From: Hydrolagus colliei
Lineage: Eukaryota
Length of the DNA stretch: 64,000 nt
Reading direction: 5' to 3'
NCBI GenBank assembly: GCA_035084275.1
Contig: CM068751.1
Coordinates: forward strand, 19,468,001-19,532,000
Under the pieces are notes generated by a model. The model was not told the DNA's origin. It saw only the letters and a program-made list of their open reading frames with translations, and searched no databases. This document shows positions 25,902-40,900 of the stretch, piece by piece. Position 1 is the stretch's first letter. Every line of letters starts with the position of its first letter. A program made the position numbers and the translations under genes.

Positions 25902-28900
25902 ATAATCATCCAAAAAAAACCCCCCACAGTAATAAAAATGGGTCATTTCAATCCACAACTGTTTTTGGGACACTACTGCTGTGCGCAATTGGCTGCCGCG
26001 TTTTGCCCACAAATATACGGTTAATTTACTATACGGTATATTTTGTGAAGTACTTTGAGGCGTCTAGACGATGTGAAAAGCGCAATGTCAAATGCAAGGA
26101 TTGCAAATCACATATAGCTAAATTCAACATACACACACACACACACACACACGTAATGTACAGGAAATAATGCAGAGAAGACACTGATTAGCAAGATGTT
26201 GAATAAAAAAAACACTCTAGACCACAAGGAAGGTGAAGGAAATCCATCCTGAAATCCATCATCGTGATCAGAGATTATGGTAATTGCAGGAAACGGAATT
26301 CATTGCCTTGCTCTTTAGAGGGTTAAGGGACATTGGGGGGCAAATCAAAGAGAAGCTACTCTGAATCTAGACTGGACTGCAGCTAACGTGGGAATGTTTG
26401 ATGTCCATCATCCACATCTCTCGGGCTCGATAAGCGTAATACAAAATGGCAAATGTTTTTAAATTGTTAAGCGTGACGCAGATTGAATCGACGCAGTGAC
26501 GATGGATTTGTTGTTTTTCAAGGGAGTTTCCGGGCTGCCAGGCAGGACAGGACTCTATGGGAGAAAGGTACGCCAAAAATTGTTGACCTCATTCCAATTT
26601 ATGTATCTTCGTCCTGTAATAAGTGTTGTGTGTATGACTGGTGAGACATTGTTATTTAGTGAATAACATTCTTGCTACTCCAGAGAGAGAAAAGTTCATC
26701 TGGATCATTTCTCAAAGGTGTAGGAAGCATTAGCCTCTGCATTGGTTAAGCCAGTGAGTTTGTGCGTTAATACTGACACAGACACTTTCTTGGTCGATTG
26801 GTCATTGCTTTATGGTTAACCTTTTTGGTCAACCATGATGCATTGAGCTCCTAAGTTTGATGCTGTACAGGGCAATGCAGGGAAAACATCCTTAGCTGGC
26901 AGAACCACAGCAAATACCAATGATCATCCGACCAACAGAGTACTGTGCTCAGGTGGAATCAGTGGTTAGAGCACTCGCCTTACAAGCGTGAGACCTGTGT
27001 TCGAATCCAGGCAGGTCAGGGCAAAACCTTGGGCAAGTTTCCTTACTACACACACACACACACACACGCACGCACGCACACACGCACGCACGCCTAATAA
27101 TAATCTGTCCAAAAAAACCACAAGAATAAAAATGGGTAATTTTCAATCCGCGACTGTTTGTGGGGGACGCTGCTGTGCGCAATTGGCTGCCAAGTTTTGC
27201 CCACAAATATACTGTCAATTCACTTTACAGTATATTCTGTGAAGCAGCTTTGAGACGTCGATAAGATGTGAAAAGCTGCTATAGCAAATGCAAGGATTAT
27301 TATTATTACATCTTGTTTAAATGGAGATTTGAGCTAAAAGACAAATATACCATAAGCTGTCCTTTTTCATATATTCCCGTCTTTGCAAATCTAACTCATG
27401 TTTGCTATTCATTTAAGGGACCTGACGGGCTGAATGGAAACCCTGGAGTAAACGGAATCCGAGGCAAACAGGTAAACAAGTTAACTCTTACTGCGCAAGG
27501 CATTTGTCAGACGGCATCTAAAGCACTATTTGCAGTCAACCGGTTGCAAGAAGGTCTCATAACTGCACCTGTGAGTTACTGTAAAGGATTTTACGTATCA
27601 GTAAATTAAATGAAGAGAAAGGGAGAAGAGACTGGGCTTGTTCTCTTTGGGAAAGAGATGACAAACGTTCTTAACTGGAGCTTTAAAAAGGCTTAATATT
27701 TGCGGTGATTGCTTCAGTGAAAGAAAGCTTCCACTGAGTTGCAATGTGGACCAGATATTTCAAGCTATGTTTGCAGATATTTCAAGATATAATGCGCACA
27801 TTATTTAAGAGGGAAAGTGTAACGGGAGTAGGACTATCTGGGAATTGCTCTAGAGCTACAGTACTCTAGAGTTAGGCTGTGTGTTGCTCTGTACCTTGCC
27901 TGTACAGACTGAGCTGGTGTTAGTTTGGCTTACAGAGCCAGCCCAAAACATGGTTAAAAACAAGATTTCTTGTTAAGATGTACAAATATAAGCGCAGTAA
28001 CTACATTTTCTAAGATTCCTTCAAACACTTCCCCATTAACTTAAAACGATTGAATTTCACGGATGTGGGTCACCTATGGACGAGAGTCGAGGAGGGAGGC
28101 TGCATGAATGTTGTAAATATCTCGTGTCTCTCTCATTTACTTTAGGGAGACTTTGGTGCACCTGGGCTTCCTGGCGCCCCAGGACTTGATTTCATGTTTT
28201 GTGACTTTGAGGAAGGTAGGAATCCTTTTTTCTCCAAATAAAACTTGTCACTCACTCCTTGGATATTTGTGGGCAAAATTTGGTTGCCACTTTTCACCCA
28301 CAAAATACAGACAGCCACATCAATTTACAATGTATATCATGCAAAACGCTTTGAGATATCTTGATAACATAAATCAAATGAAAGTGTGTTGCTCAGTGGT
28401 TAGAACACTTGCCTTAAAAATGAGAGACCCAGGTTTGATTCCCGGTAGGGAGAAACCTTGGGCACGTTTCCTTACTCCACAGATCTGATAATAATTCTTC
28501 AAGAAAAAACAATAAATTGGTCATTTCAATCCACGACTACTGTTCGCTGCTGTGCGCAATTGGCTGCCGCGTTTTGCCCACAGATATACAGTCAATTCAC
28601 TTTACAGTGTATTCTGTGAAGCGCTTTGGGACGTCGAGAAGATGTGAAAAGCGCTATATTATTATTGTTATTATCCCAATGAAGCTGACAGTTCCAAATA
28701 CTGAGCATAAATGACTGAATTCCTTTATATGATATGAGTAGAAATTTACTTAAGTTCTTATTGGAAGTTCTCACAAACCATCCCTCTGCAATAAACAGCA
28801 GGGCCTGGCTCAAGTTGTTGTAAAGCCACTACCTTAACTCATCTATTGCAAGTTCTTAACCTATCAACCTATCATCCTTCCTGGGTCATAGATTGCACCA

Positions 28901-31900
28901 TTAGCAAGGAGCTCTCATCCTTACTTGTCGTGAGTTACATCAACAACAGCAAAGTGCGTTTGTATAGCACCCCCAAGTTGGGAGGACATCCCAAGGCTCT
29001 GTAGTGTCAACAATAAGCTTATCCAAAGAAATCAACAACATTTAATTGTCAATGTTAATGTTTCAAACCAACCAAATAAAACTGTTTGGATCTACAACTG
29101 ATCATCAATCCAAGTTCTATTAAGTATTTTCGTTCAAAACTGACATTCACCTTCTTGCAGTTTGGGAATGGTTACTTGAATGTGATTGATTAAGCCAATG
29201 CCCTGTGTTGGAACACCTTTTCAAGATGACAATGATGATTGAATGGGACGTACATTATGTTATGAATCAATCTGTGCCGCAGGTTTGCCAGGAGACCCTG
29301 GTGACACTGGTTTACCGGGTAAATACGGAGAACCGGGAGCTCTCGGAGTTACTGGTCAACCAGGCAGAACGGGTGACCCATCTGGACCTGGTAGGATCTT
29401 CAACCTACTTTTACTTCAGAGAGTTATTTAACAATTCTCATTATCCTTCAATGAAAAATGTATACCCTTAAAGTCTTGCAATACCTAAGGGTTTATTGGT
29501 CACACAGAGGCTTAAACACTCTGCCCTTTCAGGTCAGGGATTGGTCTCAATCTAGCCTGTGTTTAATTAATTGTGTATTTTCTTTAAATCAAATTGTGTA
29601 TCTATTGCAGGTTTCCCAGGCCATATGGGGTTGCCTGGTGCGTCAGGTCCTAAAGGAATCAAAGGCGATCCTGGAAGAACATTGATGAGTACAGCAGTGG
29701 GCAATCCGGGCCCCATTGGTGCTGTAGGATTGCCTGGCCCTCCAGGAGCAAAAGGGTACACAAGTATGTGAACATATAATCACAAGGATAATAATGCCCA
29801 TCTTAGTCAAAAGGCTTGTTAGCTTTAGGCTCGTCAGAAGTTTAAGTGGTAAGGAATGATTTTCAAGGAAGGATTTGAAGCCCCAAATTGGTCACCAACA
29901 AAGAGTAGCAATGTGTCCAAATACTCTCTTCCATTTCTCTGTGATAGGTACAAGGTTCTTGTGTCAGCCAAGGTGGTTGATGGATACTAGACCCACTGCT
30001 AGTAATGCCAGGCCATCCAAGTTCCTGGAGCTCCTATAACTCAGTGGTTAGAGCGCTCGCCTTACAAGCGTGAGACCTGTGTTCGAATCCAGGCAGGTCA
30101 GGGCAAAACCTTGGGCAAGTTTCCTTACTCCACACACACACACACGGCTAATAATAATCCGTCAAAAAAAAAAGCACAATAATAAAATTGGTCATTTCAA
30201 TACACAGCTGTTTGTGGGGGACACTGCTGTGTGCAATTGGCTGCTGCGTTTCGCCCACAAATATACAATCAATTCAATTTACAGTATATTCCATGAAGAG
30301 CTTTGAGACGTCTAGAAGGCGTGAATAGCGCTGTATCAAAATGAAAGGATTATTATTACTATGATAGCTTCAAAGCTTAAAAAAGCTTTGGGAAACCAGC
30401 TACTGTATATGTCATTCAAACTGACTTTGTGTGCAAGCTGCCAATATCTTTTATCTGTTTGGAAGAACAGGCTACATTTGTGATTCTCATGGATTCCAAG
30501 GTCCACAAGGTCCAAATGGATTCCAAGGACCACGAGGTCACCGTGGAATATTTGGTGCGAAGGGTAAGTGCTCTGTGGCCACAAGCAATATTGCTGGTAG
30601 CCAGAACAGGAGGCGTGAAATTCCGAGAATTGCTTGCTAATCAGATAAAATAATCCAATATATCTGCAGTCAACGCACAACCAATATTCAGTTAACAGGC
30701 CGTTGATTAATCAGACCAATTTGCAAGAGCAAAGTTGTTGTTGAATGAACTTTTTTCTGTTTGGACAGGAGATACCGGGGATTGTGCTTGTCTTCCATCA
30801 AGTATAGGTAAGCCTGGAGAACCTGGTCAACCTGGTATACCAGGACAAGCTGGAGATCCTGGGAGGAAGGGAGAGTTGGGAGACCTGGGCCCGGCTGGCA
30901 CTTTTGGATCTCTAGGACCCCATGTGAGTGTATTAGGACCATCCAATGGTTTATAAGAGATACCCAATAGTTAATGTTCTATGATATTATTTATTGATGT
31001 ACTTATAGCATGAAGATATTACAAAAAAAACTATAGATTGGATTAATTCTATCAATTGCATTCAACGCAACATGCATTGTATTTGGTGGTAAGTCTACTT
31101 GAACATTGGGATAAGATTGGTACTCACTGAGACAGGGACGCTCTCCTTCAATCCCGTGACTGACATTCGATTTCAACCCACACTGAAGAGGTGAAAGTTC
31201 CATGACACATGTGTTCAGGGAGACTGAATCTAGTTAAAGCGTTCTTTAACTAGAGGGGAAAACTGCTCCAGTAATGACAAAATAAATGTAAAAATCTGAA
31301 TAATAATACAATTGACACTGTTTATAAATCTGAATGTTATTCTGTAATCCGACAGGGATCTCGAGGACGAGATGGTCGAGTTGGTCTAAAGGGGCAGAAA
31401 GGAGAGTCGAATGGAGGAAATAAGAGAGGTAAACTCCTGTAGCTCAGTGGTTAGAGCGCTCGCCTCGCGACTGAGAAACCTGGGTTTGATTCCCAGCCGG
31501 GCAAAACCTTGGGAAAGTTTCCTTACTTCATACGCCTGATAATAATCCCTCAAGAAATAAAAAACAATAATATATTGGTCACTTCAATCCACAACTGTTT
31601 GTGAGAGAATGCTGTGTGTAATTGGCTGCTGCGTTTTGCCCACCAGTATACAGTCAATTTACTTTACGGTATTAACTTCAGTGAGAGGCTGGGTAAGGCA
31701 GTAAAACAGTAAAATGTGTTTGTGTCTGTCTACGTCAGGAGAGAAAGGAGACCAGGGTGATTCAGGATTTTCGGGAGCTCGAGGAAACCTAGGCCAGCCT
31801 GGTCCAAATGCAGACCCAGGATTGCGTGGTTTACCTGGATTACATGTAGGTACTGTTCTTGTAAATGAATCTAACCCATGTTGAGTTTCATTCAGCCTCA

Positions 31901-34900
31901 GCTACAACACTCTCTCAACAACACTTAAATTGTTACACATACAATTTTAAAAAATAAAAAATTCTTATAGAATAGTCGCAATACTCTGTCGCATTCCTAA
32001 CCTTTATTTTCAAGCCTTTAATGATAAGACATCAGAGAATGTTAGGCATCAGAGAATGGAAGCTGTGGGGTCAGTACCACAGTGCACACAGCAGGGTTAC
32101 CTACTGAACCCTGCACGGATGCCCAGAATTATAGCTGCAAGGTTGTGTTTGGGAATGAGCAGATCTATTTTTGTTCTACATACAAAAATGCTGGGTGTAT
32201 TTTTGAGGGCAATCTAGGAATTAAAAAGTTTGGAAGTGTTTCTCCCTGTCGAAAGCAAATTCGATCAGATTTCTTTTAGGAAATAATATCGTGGGATAAG
32301 GATATAGTTTGGGGCATGACATATGCGTGCGACTGCCAGGATGCTGGAAGGTGAATTGGATGGATCTCGGTCTTCTTTCGGCTAGCAATTCCTAAATTCT
32401 TACGGAAATGGCCAGGATTGGGAAGGACTATTACAGTCTATGTGGGCAAGGACAGCTCTGAACAATATCTGTCGCCCAAATCCTTTGCATCAACAATATC
32501 CAGATTTCCTGCCTTCCCTTAGCAAACCCTCTAAACTAACTAAACCTAAATAGATTTTTTTCCCACTCCATAAAGTTTGGATTATCTCTTTAAGAAACTG
32601 ATGTGTGTGTGTGTTTTTAAAACCTCTGTATTGTATTTGTTCTGTTTAATCTTCTAGGGTGACACGTCCAAGGGATTTCCCGGGATCTTGGGTTTGCCTG
32701 GATTCCCAGGATCTCCGGGTATCCGAGGGGCCCCTGGGCCCCGGGGTGTGGGTTACCCTGGCAAAAAGGGTCATGAGGGACCTCCCGGAGATCTGGGTTT
32801 TCCAGGACTGCAGGGTTTCCCGGGGCCAAAAGGCCCAAACGGTAAGGCAATAGATACGTTCATGTGACTATTTTCTTTCAAATGCAAGAAAGAAGTAGCT
32901 CGGTGGTTAGGGCACTCGCCTTACAAGCGTGAGAACTGTGTTCGAATCCAGGCAGGTCAGGGCGAAACCTTGGGCAAGTTTTCTTACTCCAAACACACAC
33001 ACACACACCTAATAATAATCCGTCAAAAAAAAACACACAATAATAAAATTGGTCATTTCAATCCACGGCTGTTTGTGGGGGACGCTGCTGTGCACAATTG
33101 GCTGCCACGTTTCGCCCACAAATAGATACAGTCAATTCACTTTACAGTATATTCTGTGAAGCGCCTTGGGACGTCGATTAGATGTGAAAAGCGCTCTTAT
33201 CAAACGCAAGGATTATCACTTTTATTAGTCCTTCATCTAGAACATTATTCTGCGTTGTTAGAAATGCTTTTCATAACAGTTGCCTCAGATCTATGTTCAG
33301 GGATGTAATCTCACATCAAAATGACAGATCGGGTGGGCAGCCGGCTATAGCTGAACACTTTCTGTTCTCTTCACATCAGAGCAATTCCCTGACCTATCTA
33401 ACGTTTACAGGTGGTGAGTGCAGAGTTGACCTTATTGACTAAGCTTTGTAATGTGTCATGAGTCCCATAGGGGGAAGGAGCTCTGTGTGTAAGTCACGGC
33501 TCACGGTGTATAAATGCGACAAAGTTGATAATACATGAATGAATGTAGTACGTGTTATTTGTCGTCTGTACAAAAGAAAACTTTGAGCCGCCATGGCAGC
33601 AAACCCTGGGAAGTGCTTTGAGAGTTCCTCCAATGTGAAAGGGCTCTGCGTCAAATGCAAAGATTATAATTTATTTTCTCTTGACAGGGAGTCCTTCAAT
33701 CCCTTCTGGTTCGATTCCTGGTGCGGCAGGTCCAAAAGGAATGCCAGGACCTCCAGGTAAGCTTTACTTTTTAATGCGTTTGACATCGGTTGGAGGTCTT
33801 AACAAACTCTTAACTGCTAATACTAACTGCTATCCTTCCCGTCCAAACTTAAATATCAGCAAATCAGGTTAATCAGAATTTGTGTGAGAATATTTGTTAT
33901 TTTCAGGGATCGTAAGTATGTTACTTGTTTTGACAAATTCTGTTCTGAATGCCAATTGGCTGTGTTTTTGGGGCAATGCAAGGTAGTCAAGGTCATCGAT
34001 GATTCCGTGCCAGTGAGCGACCAGCCTTATCGAGGATATCTATTGAGTAGTTTTCCAAGATCTTCACCGTTTCCACATATTATTTTATTACACTCCAAAT
34101 AAGTATTATTAAATCACTGATGATATATATTCAAATATTCACCGCACTTTGAGAGAGTTATTGGAGTGTTCTGGCCAAATAACCATCGAGTTAGCCCCGG
34201 CAGGTTTTTGTTTGCAGTTCATTGCTAACATACAGCAAAGGCTGAAAGAGTAGCATGGGTGACTGACCGGACACCACTGAGAGAGCAATGATCTGTATGA
34301 TTGTCCTAATGCATTCATTGTATTCCCTTTCTCAGGGAGACAAGGTTCTCCAGGGCCTCTGGGTAAACAAGGAGACTCGGGCTTCAATGGGCTTAGGGGT
34401 CAAAAAGGGGACCCAGCCCTGAATGGATATCCAGGACCCCCAGGTAATACCAGAGAGAGCAACTGCCAATGGCAGCTCCATTCACATAGGACTCGCGCAG
34501 TTCTGCTACTCAGTGGTTAGAGCATTCGCCTTTATAAGCGAGAGACCTGGGTTCAATTTCAGGCAGGGCAGGATGAAACCTTGCGAAAGTTTCCTTACTT
34601 CACACACACACACACACACACACACACGCGCGCGCGCCTAATATTAATCCCTCAAACAAAATAATAAATTGGTCATTTCAAACCACAACAGTTTGTGGGG
34701 ACGCTGCTGATTGGCTGCCGCGTTTTGCCCATGTATATACAGTCGATTCACTTTACAGTATGTTCTGTGAAGCGCTTTGAGACGTCTAGAAGACATGTAA
34801 AGCGCAATATCAAATGCAAGGATTATTATTTTGTGTGTGTGTGTGTGTGTGAGAGAATTGTACTCTTATAATAGTAAATAATAATAATAATTTCCTACGT

Positions 34901-37900
34901 TTAGGAGATGTAAGCTTTACTCTTGGGAAGGGAAGAAATTAAGCTCTTAGAAAATGTAATAGTGTTTGAGAATAGTTCAGTGAAACACTTGGGAAAAGAG
35001 TAGGTGATACTGTATTTGGTTGGATACAGAATACGAGAATGAGTAAAGTCCTCGCATTTGGGAAAGGAATGTTGGTGACTTATATAGAGCATTACCAGGG
35101 AAAGCAGTGATACTATCATTTGAGGAGGTAGTAATGACTAGGAAATGCATCAGACTAGGAAATGCAACAGTGCTTCACACTCCAATTTTCTAGGTGTACA
35201 GTGTTTGGCTAGTTTGACCAGAGTTTCTGATCTCTATTTCACCAATTACTGACTGCTCAGTTTTTTCATAGGTTTCCAAGGAAATAATGGTGACCGAGGT
35301 CCTCAAGGACCACAGGGGGCATCTGAAGATGGCATTCAAGGCCTTCCTGGTAGTCCGGGCATTCCGGGAGAAAAAGGACCTCCTGGCACTACATCTGAGA
35401 GCCTTCGAGGCCTTCCTGGCGAGATAGGCAGGCAAGGCTCAGATGGAACAAGAGGTTCTCCCGGTGACCCTGGCAGTAGAGGACAGTCAGGTACATTTGA
35501 AGAGCTATTATAGTTTCTGTTAATCACTTGCAGTCCAGCCAGTTAATGGACTCAGTCCAGTGAATGAATTAAAATTTACTTGCGTGAGTTTCACTGCTTG
35601 TAGTCAAATTGGGAATGACCTAAAATAAGTTAATTGCAAAGTGAACCAAGAAGTTATGTTTTATGAATCGAAGTCTAATTTGTTTCCGTTGCTAAGAAAC
35701 AACGATTGACCTTCTCCCTCTGTAGGACGACATGGACCTCCAGGATTCTCAGGTCTGAAAGGAATTGAGGGTGACCAAGGTCAGAGTGGATTCCCAGGAT
35801 TGGGTGGGCCACCAGGCTTTCCGGGAGATCAAGGACAGCCAGGTCCAACTGGCCTTCCAGGGCTTCCTGGTTTACGAGGCAACCCAGGTAAAAGGTGTTT
35901 AAGGCTACTGAGTAGGGGGGAGATAGCGCACGCGCAAATTGTATTTGTAGAGGTGTCTTTCACGTCGGAGGGATGTCCCAAAGCGCCGTGGACAATCATG
36001 GCTGTGCACGCGAGGTGGGGAGTTCTGATTAGGAGGAGTCGAGTGAGGATGAGGGATAGGAGGGTGCCTAAAGGTATGGTTGAAGAGGAGGGTGTCGAGA
36101 CACGCCTTGAAGGAGGCAAGGGATATTAATGCAGCAGTGGTTTCAGCACGTTACAAAACTCCCAATGTTTTGTTGGCAGGTTTTTCTCAAAAAGGATTGC
36201 GGGGAGATCCCGGTACCTCTGGCCCAGCAGGAATGAAGGGTCTACCAGGAAATAGAGGGAGCCCAGGAAACCCTGGAATAACTGGGATGCCAGGCCAGGT
36301 TGGCTCTGTAGGCGCCAGTGGATCACCAGGGCTACATGGCCCAGGCGGTAGGTATATGTAATGCAAAACTACGTATACATAAATCATCACAAGGTATCAA
36401 TAAAAATAAACGTGTTGACAATAACAATTTGCAATTATAAAGCACTCTTCGGAGAGCTTGACAGTGGGAGAGTCTTGACAACGAGCCAGGAGGGGACACG
36501 TAAGCACGATCAAAACGGGAAGGTCTTCAGGTGGGATTTGAAGGTAGGGAGGGGAGGGAGCAAGGTGGATGGATCAAGGGAGAGAATTCCAAGAGTTTTG
36601 GAGCACAGTCTGTAAAGGTACAGCCACCGATCGAGTGGAGGCGACGGAGGACAAACAGGAGGCCGGAGCTTGCCGAGCAGAGGCAAACGGGTGGTGGAGA
36701 GGCAGGTCAAATAGGAAGTGCGAGGGCATTGAAGGGATTTGCAAACGAACCAGAGGATCTGCGTAACAATCTATTCAGTAATTGGGAGCCAAGTGGAGCC
36801 TGGCAAGGACTGGTGTGATGAGGGTACGGAGTTTTGTGCAGGTGAGTATCCGAGTGGCAGAGTTTTTTTGAATGAATTGGATTTTGTGTACGGTGGAGCT
36901 GGGGAGACCAGCGAGCAGGGCGTTGGACTAGTCCAGCCAGGAAGTGATAGAGGCACCAAGGAGAGTTTGGGCGGTGTTTGTTGTGAGGGACGTCTGACCG
37001 AACGGGAAATTAGTTGTGTACTGCATCTCTCACCAAGTTTATTCCTTGCGCGGACTAGGTGGCAAAGGGAAGGAAGGCATTATGGGATTTCCAGGCACCC
37101 CTGGTTCGTTTGGGCTTCCAGGAATAGAAGGATTACGAGGACCTGTTGGAGATGATGGAGTGAGAGGCGCCAGTGGCGCGGCAGGATGCCACGGAGATCC
37201 AGGTAAGAGAAATCAGGTTTCCTAAAGCCCCAAATAAAAGCAAGAGTCGCTGGGAACACTCAACAACAACAACAACTTTGATTTATATCGCGCCCTCCAC
37301 ACCGGACGGCGTCTCAGAGCGCTCCGAAGGGATTTGAAAATGAATGAGAGGATCTGCGCATCAATCCATTCGGTAATTGGGGGGGGAGAGGAAAGCGGGG
37401 GAACGGCTTCAGGTTCAATTCCCACTGACCTGACACGTTCACCCACTTTCCTCTCTCCATAGATGCTGCCTCACCTGCTGAGTGTTGCCAGTGACTCCTG
37501 GTTTCATTTCAGATTTGCAGCATTTGTAGTATGCATTTTGCCTTATTTTGCCTTGGGCCACAAATACATAGAGTCACCTCACTTTACAGTATATTCTGTG
37601 AAGCGCTTTGAGACGTCGATAAAATGTGAAAAGCCGCTATGTATATCAAATGCAAGGGTTATTATGATTATTATTATGTTTCCTAAAGCCGGAATGCTCT
37701 TAAAAATGTTCAAATACAGCACTCCAGGCATAATACAGTGAATGCAAGCTTCTTAACGACACCCAAAAGATGAACTCGGAATGTGGAGAATTATATGAGA
37801 TTAAGCTTTGTCCTATCATACAGGGCGCTGCATCTGTTTTTGCTGATGACATGTCTGCCTGCTTATAGATCTGCTAGATAATCCTGCGTCTGAGTACTTC

Positions 37901-40900
37901 CAAATCCACACAGATATGTGTATGTTATTCAGCGTGTTGTTGCTGTATGGGGGAAATGGATCAGGTACTCACTGTCTCAGTCGTGAACAGTACAGTTAAC
38001 ACTGAGAGAGGCTCAGGATTGTATTGCCGTGTGGCCATCATAATAAACTCCTGTGTAGAGATCAACTGGATCATCCCGTGTCTTGTTCGGAGTTCGGTGT
38101 TTATTCTAATTCTTTTAAACTAAAGGTGTGGAGCTCCTGTAGCTCAGCGGTTAGAGCGCTCGCCTTACAAGCGTGAGACCTGTGTTCGAATCCAGGCAGG
38201 TCAGGGCGAAACCTTGGGCAAGTTTCCTTACTCCACACACACACACACACACCTAATAATAATTCCTCCCCTCCACCAAAACAATAATAAAATTGGTCAT
38301 TTCAATCCACGACTGTTGTGGGGAACGCTGCTGTGCGCAATTGGCTGCCGCGTTTCACCCACAAATATACACAGTCAGTTCACTTGCTTTGAGACATCTA
38401 GAAGATGTGAAAAGCGCTATATCAAATGTAAGGATTATTATTATTATGTTTTAAAGCTCACTCAGAAAGCTCTCACTCCTGGATTATCCGGGGAAGTTTA
38501 TTCATACTGTAGGATACTTTTTCTAAACCCCTGGAAATTATTCACTCTGAAGCAATCCGAACTGATATACCTTTCTGAGTTATCCAAAAAGATTGATAAT
38601 AATAATAATACTAATAACACTTTGTTTCAGGTTTAAAGGGAGACCCTGGCGATGAAGGATATGTCAACGTCTTATACGAAAAAGGTTCTCATGGAAACCC
38701 AGGTGCTCTTGGTATTAAAGGGTTTACGGGACCGAGAGGTAAGGAAGACATTTTGTTATTCAACGCAGTGTTTTTTTTTAAATTTGCCCAAGACGTTAAA
38801 AGAACAGCTTATTAGCTGACCAGATTTCACTGAATCTTAAGTGTGTCATATTGGATAAGGGTTTGTATGCAACCCACCAGACCTGTGCTAAAGGAATGGG
38901 GTGAGAACGAAATCCCAGCCCAGTGAACATATCCACTGACCCGGGGCAGGTCATGAATGAATCGGCAACGTGACCAGCGGCTGAGCCAAGGAATTGAAAG
39001 TCAAATTGTTATTCAACAGAGTTGGAGAGCGTTGAGTTGACGCTGAGATAAGAGGCAGATACCATTGTCTCCTGACAGCCAGATGAGCTAGTGCTGGCTC
39101 CTGCCTGTTTTTTTTTACGTGGCTATATTTTACTGCTTGTGACTGTTTCAGGTCAGAAGGGGTTACCTGGGAATCCAGGAACAGCGGGCTTTCCTGGCAA
39201 ACCCGGTCTCCCAAGCTTACAGAAAGGAATTCAAGGCATAAATGGTCCTGGGGGTTCACCCGGACGACAAGGGTTTCTTGGGCAAAAAGGTCCACGAGGC
39301 ATCGTTGGATTTCCTGGAATGTTTGGCGAGAAAGTAAGTATCTGAACTCGACGGGGATTCTTTCATCGGACTTTTGTTTTGATCACAAACACTCTTGTGT
39401 TCACAAAACCGTTGAGTTTGTTTACAGTCTAAATCGACCTGTGTTTACAGTCTAAGTTGACTCACCCACCCCACTCTGCCCCCTCTGGAACTCCATCCCG
39501 CAGAGCTTCTGCCTCGCCCCCTCCCTGGCCTCCTTCAAATCTCGCCTCGAGTCTCTCCTCTTTGATGGAGCCATTAGCAACTCCTAATTTCCCGCACCGT
39601 CCTCAGCTCAGGTCTGAAGCAGTGACTGTCAAGCGCCTTGGGACGTCTTGCTGATGTGAAAGGCGCTATACAAGTGTAATTTTGTTGTTGTTGTTGTTGT
39701 GTTTAGGGTGATCTCGGGGAGTTGGGACAGCCTGGATTGCCAGGTATTCCTGGTTGTAAAGGTTCAAAAGGTAAGAGTCCAGATGATCTGTCCTTGCATC
39801 TGACCAACCATCACTCTCACCTAAACTGAGGCTTTAAGTGACCTTAATCTTGTAACAACAGCTTCTCGATCTCAAATTCGGACATCGAGTTAGTTAGGAG
39901 ACCGGCAGTTTTTTTTTCGTGTATGCGTCTGGAACAATCATGTAATTATACATAATGATTTTTTTTACACAAAATCTCTTGTTATTTTGCTGTCACTTGA
40001 AGTAGGTAAAAGGGTCCTAGTTGCCATTGTAGGATTGCAATCTCTCTGGCTTTCCTTACTCGGAGAAGCGCAGGGAGGGGCTGGATGTGTGGAATAGCTG
40101 AGCGCAAGTGCAAAATTGGTTGGTTTGATCACCGAACCTAAAAACCTGAAATTGATTTTAAAAAGAATTAAGCAGACCATACGAGCCATTGTTATACGGT
40201 ACAAAGATTTGCAAACTGATCTGATGAAATCTGGCCCTTTCAAAGCATCCAAGTGAAATGACACTGTGATATCAATACAGTACCTGTGAATAAGATTACA
40301 TTGCCCACAAATAATATTAAATTATCAGCCTCACGTAATGCCACCACAGAGTACAGTAAATGCGAAAAGTAATGCTCTCTGGTTAAGTGGATTGTAGAAT
40401 TACATTACATTATAAAGCATTTTGAGTTCACACATGCAGCAAACATAACGTGTAACTTATTATCTATTTTTTTTTTGCAATACGCAGGCCTGTGTAGCTC
40501 AGTGGTTAGAGCACGTGCCTTACAAGTGTGAGACCTGTGTTTGAATCCAGGCAGATCAGGGCGAAACCAAGGACACGTTTCCTTACTCCACACACATGCC
40601 TAATAATAATCCCTCCCCCCCCAAAAAAAACCCACAATAATAAAATTAATCATTTGAATCCACGACTGTTTGTGAGGAATTGGCTGCCGCGTTATTATTT
40701 TTAATAATGTTATTATTATTAAATAAAACTACAAATAAGGTCCTCGTTTTCAGGTGACCCAAGAGTATGCACCAGTTTCCCAGGAACTCCTGGTCCAAAT
40801 GGCCCACCGGGTGATGATGGAGAGTCAGGTAAAGGATTATTATACAATTCGGAGTTCCAGTGTTCCTGTCACACATTGGGACATTATTTCATACAACCCC

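Noticed and set aside
32658-32841. Apparent frameshift in exon 25 suggested by the ORF track
   Set aside because: Reading from the acceptor at 32658 gives a continuous open frame; no pseudogene evidence in any exon
35336-35527. Pro-Gly-rich ORFs on the minus strand (also 29567, 36187, 45126, 46731, 49267)
   Set aside because: Antisense shadows of Gly-X-Y exons, not a second collagen gene
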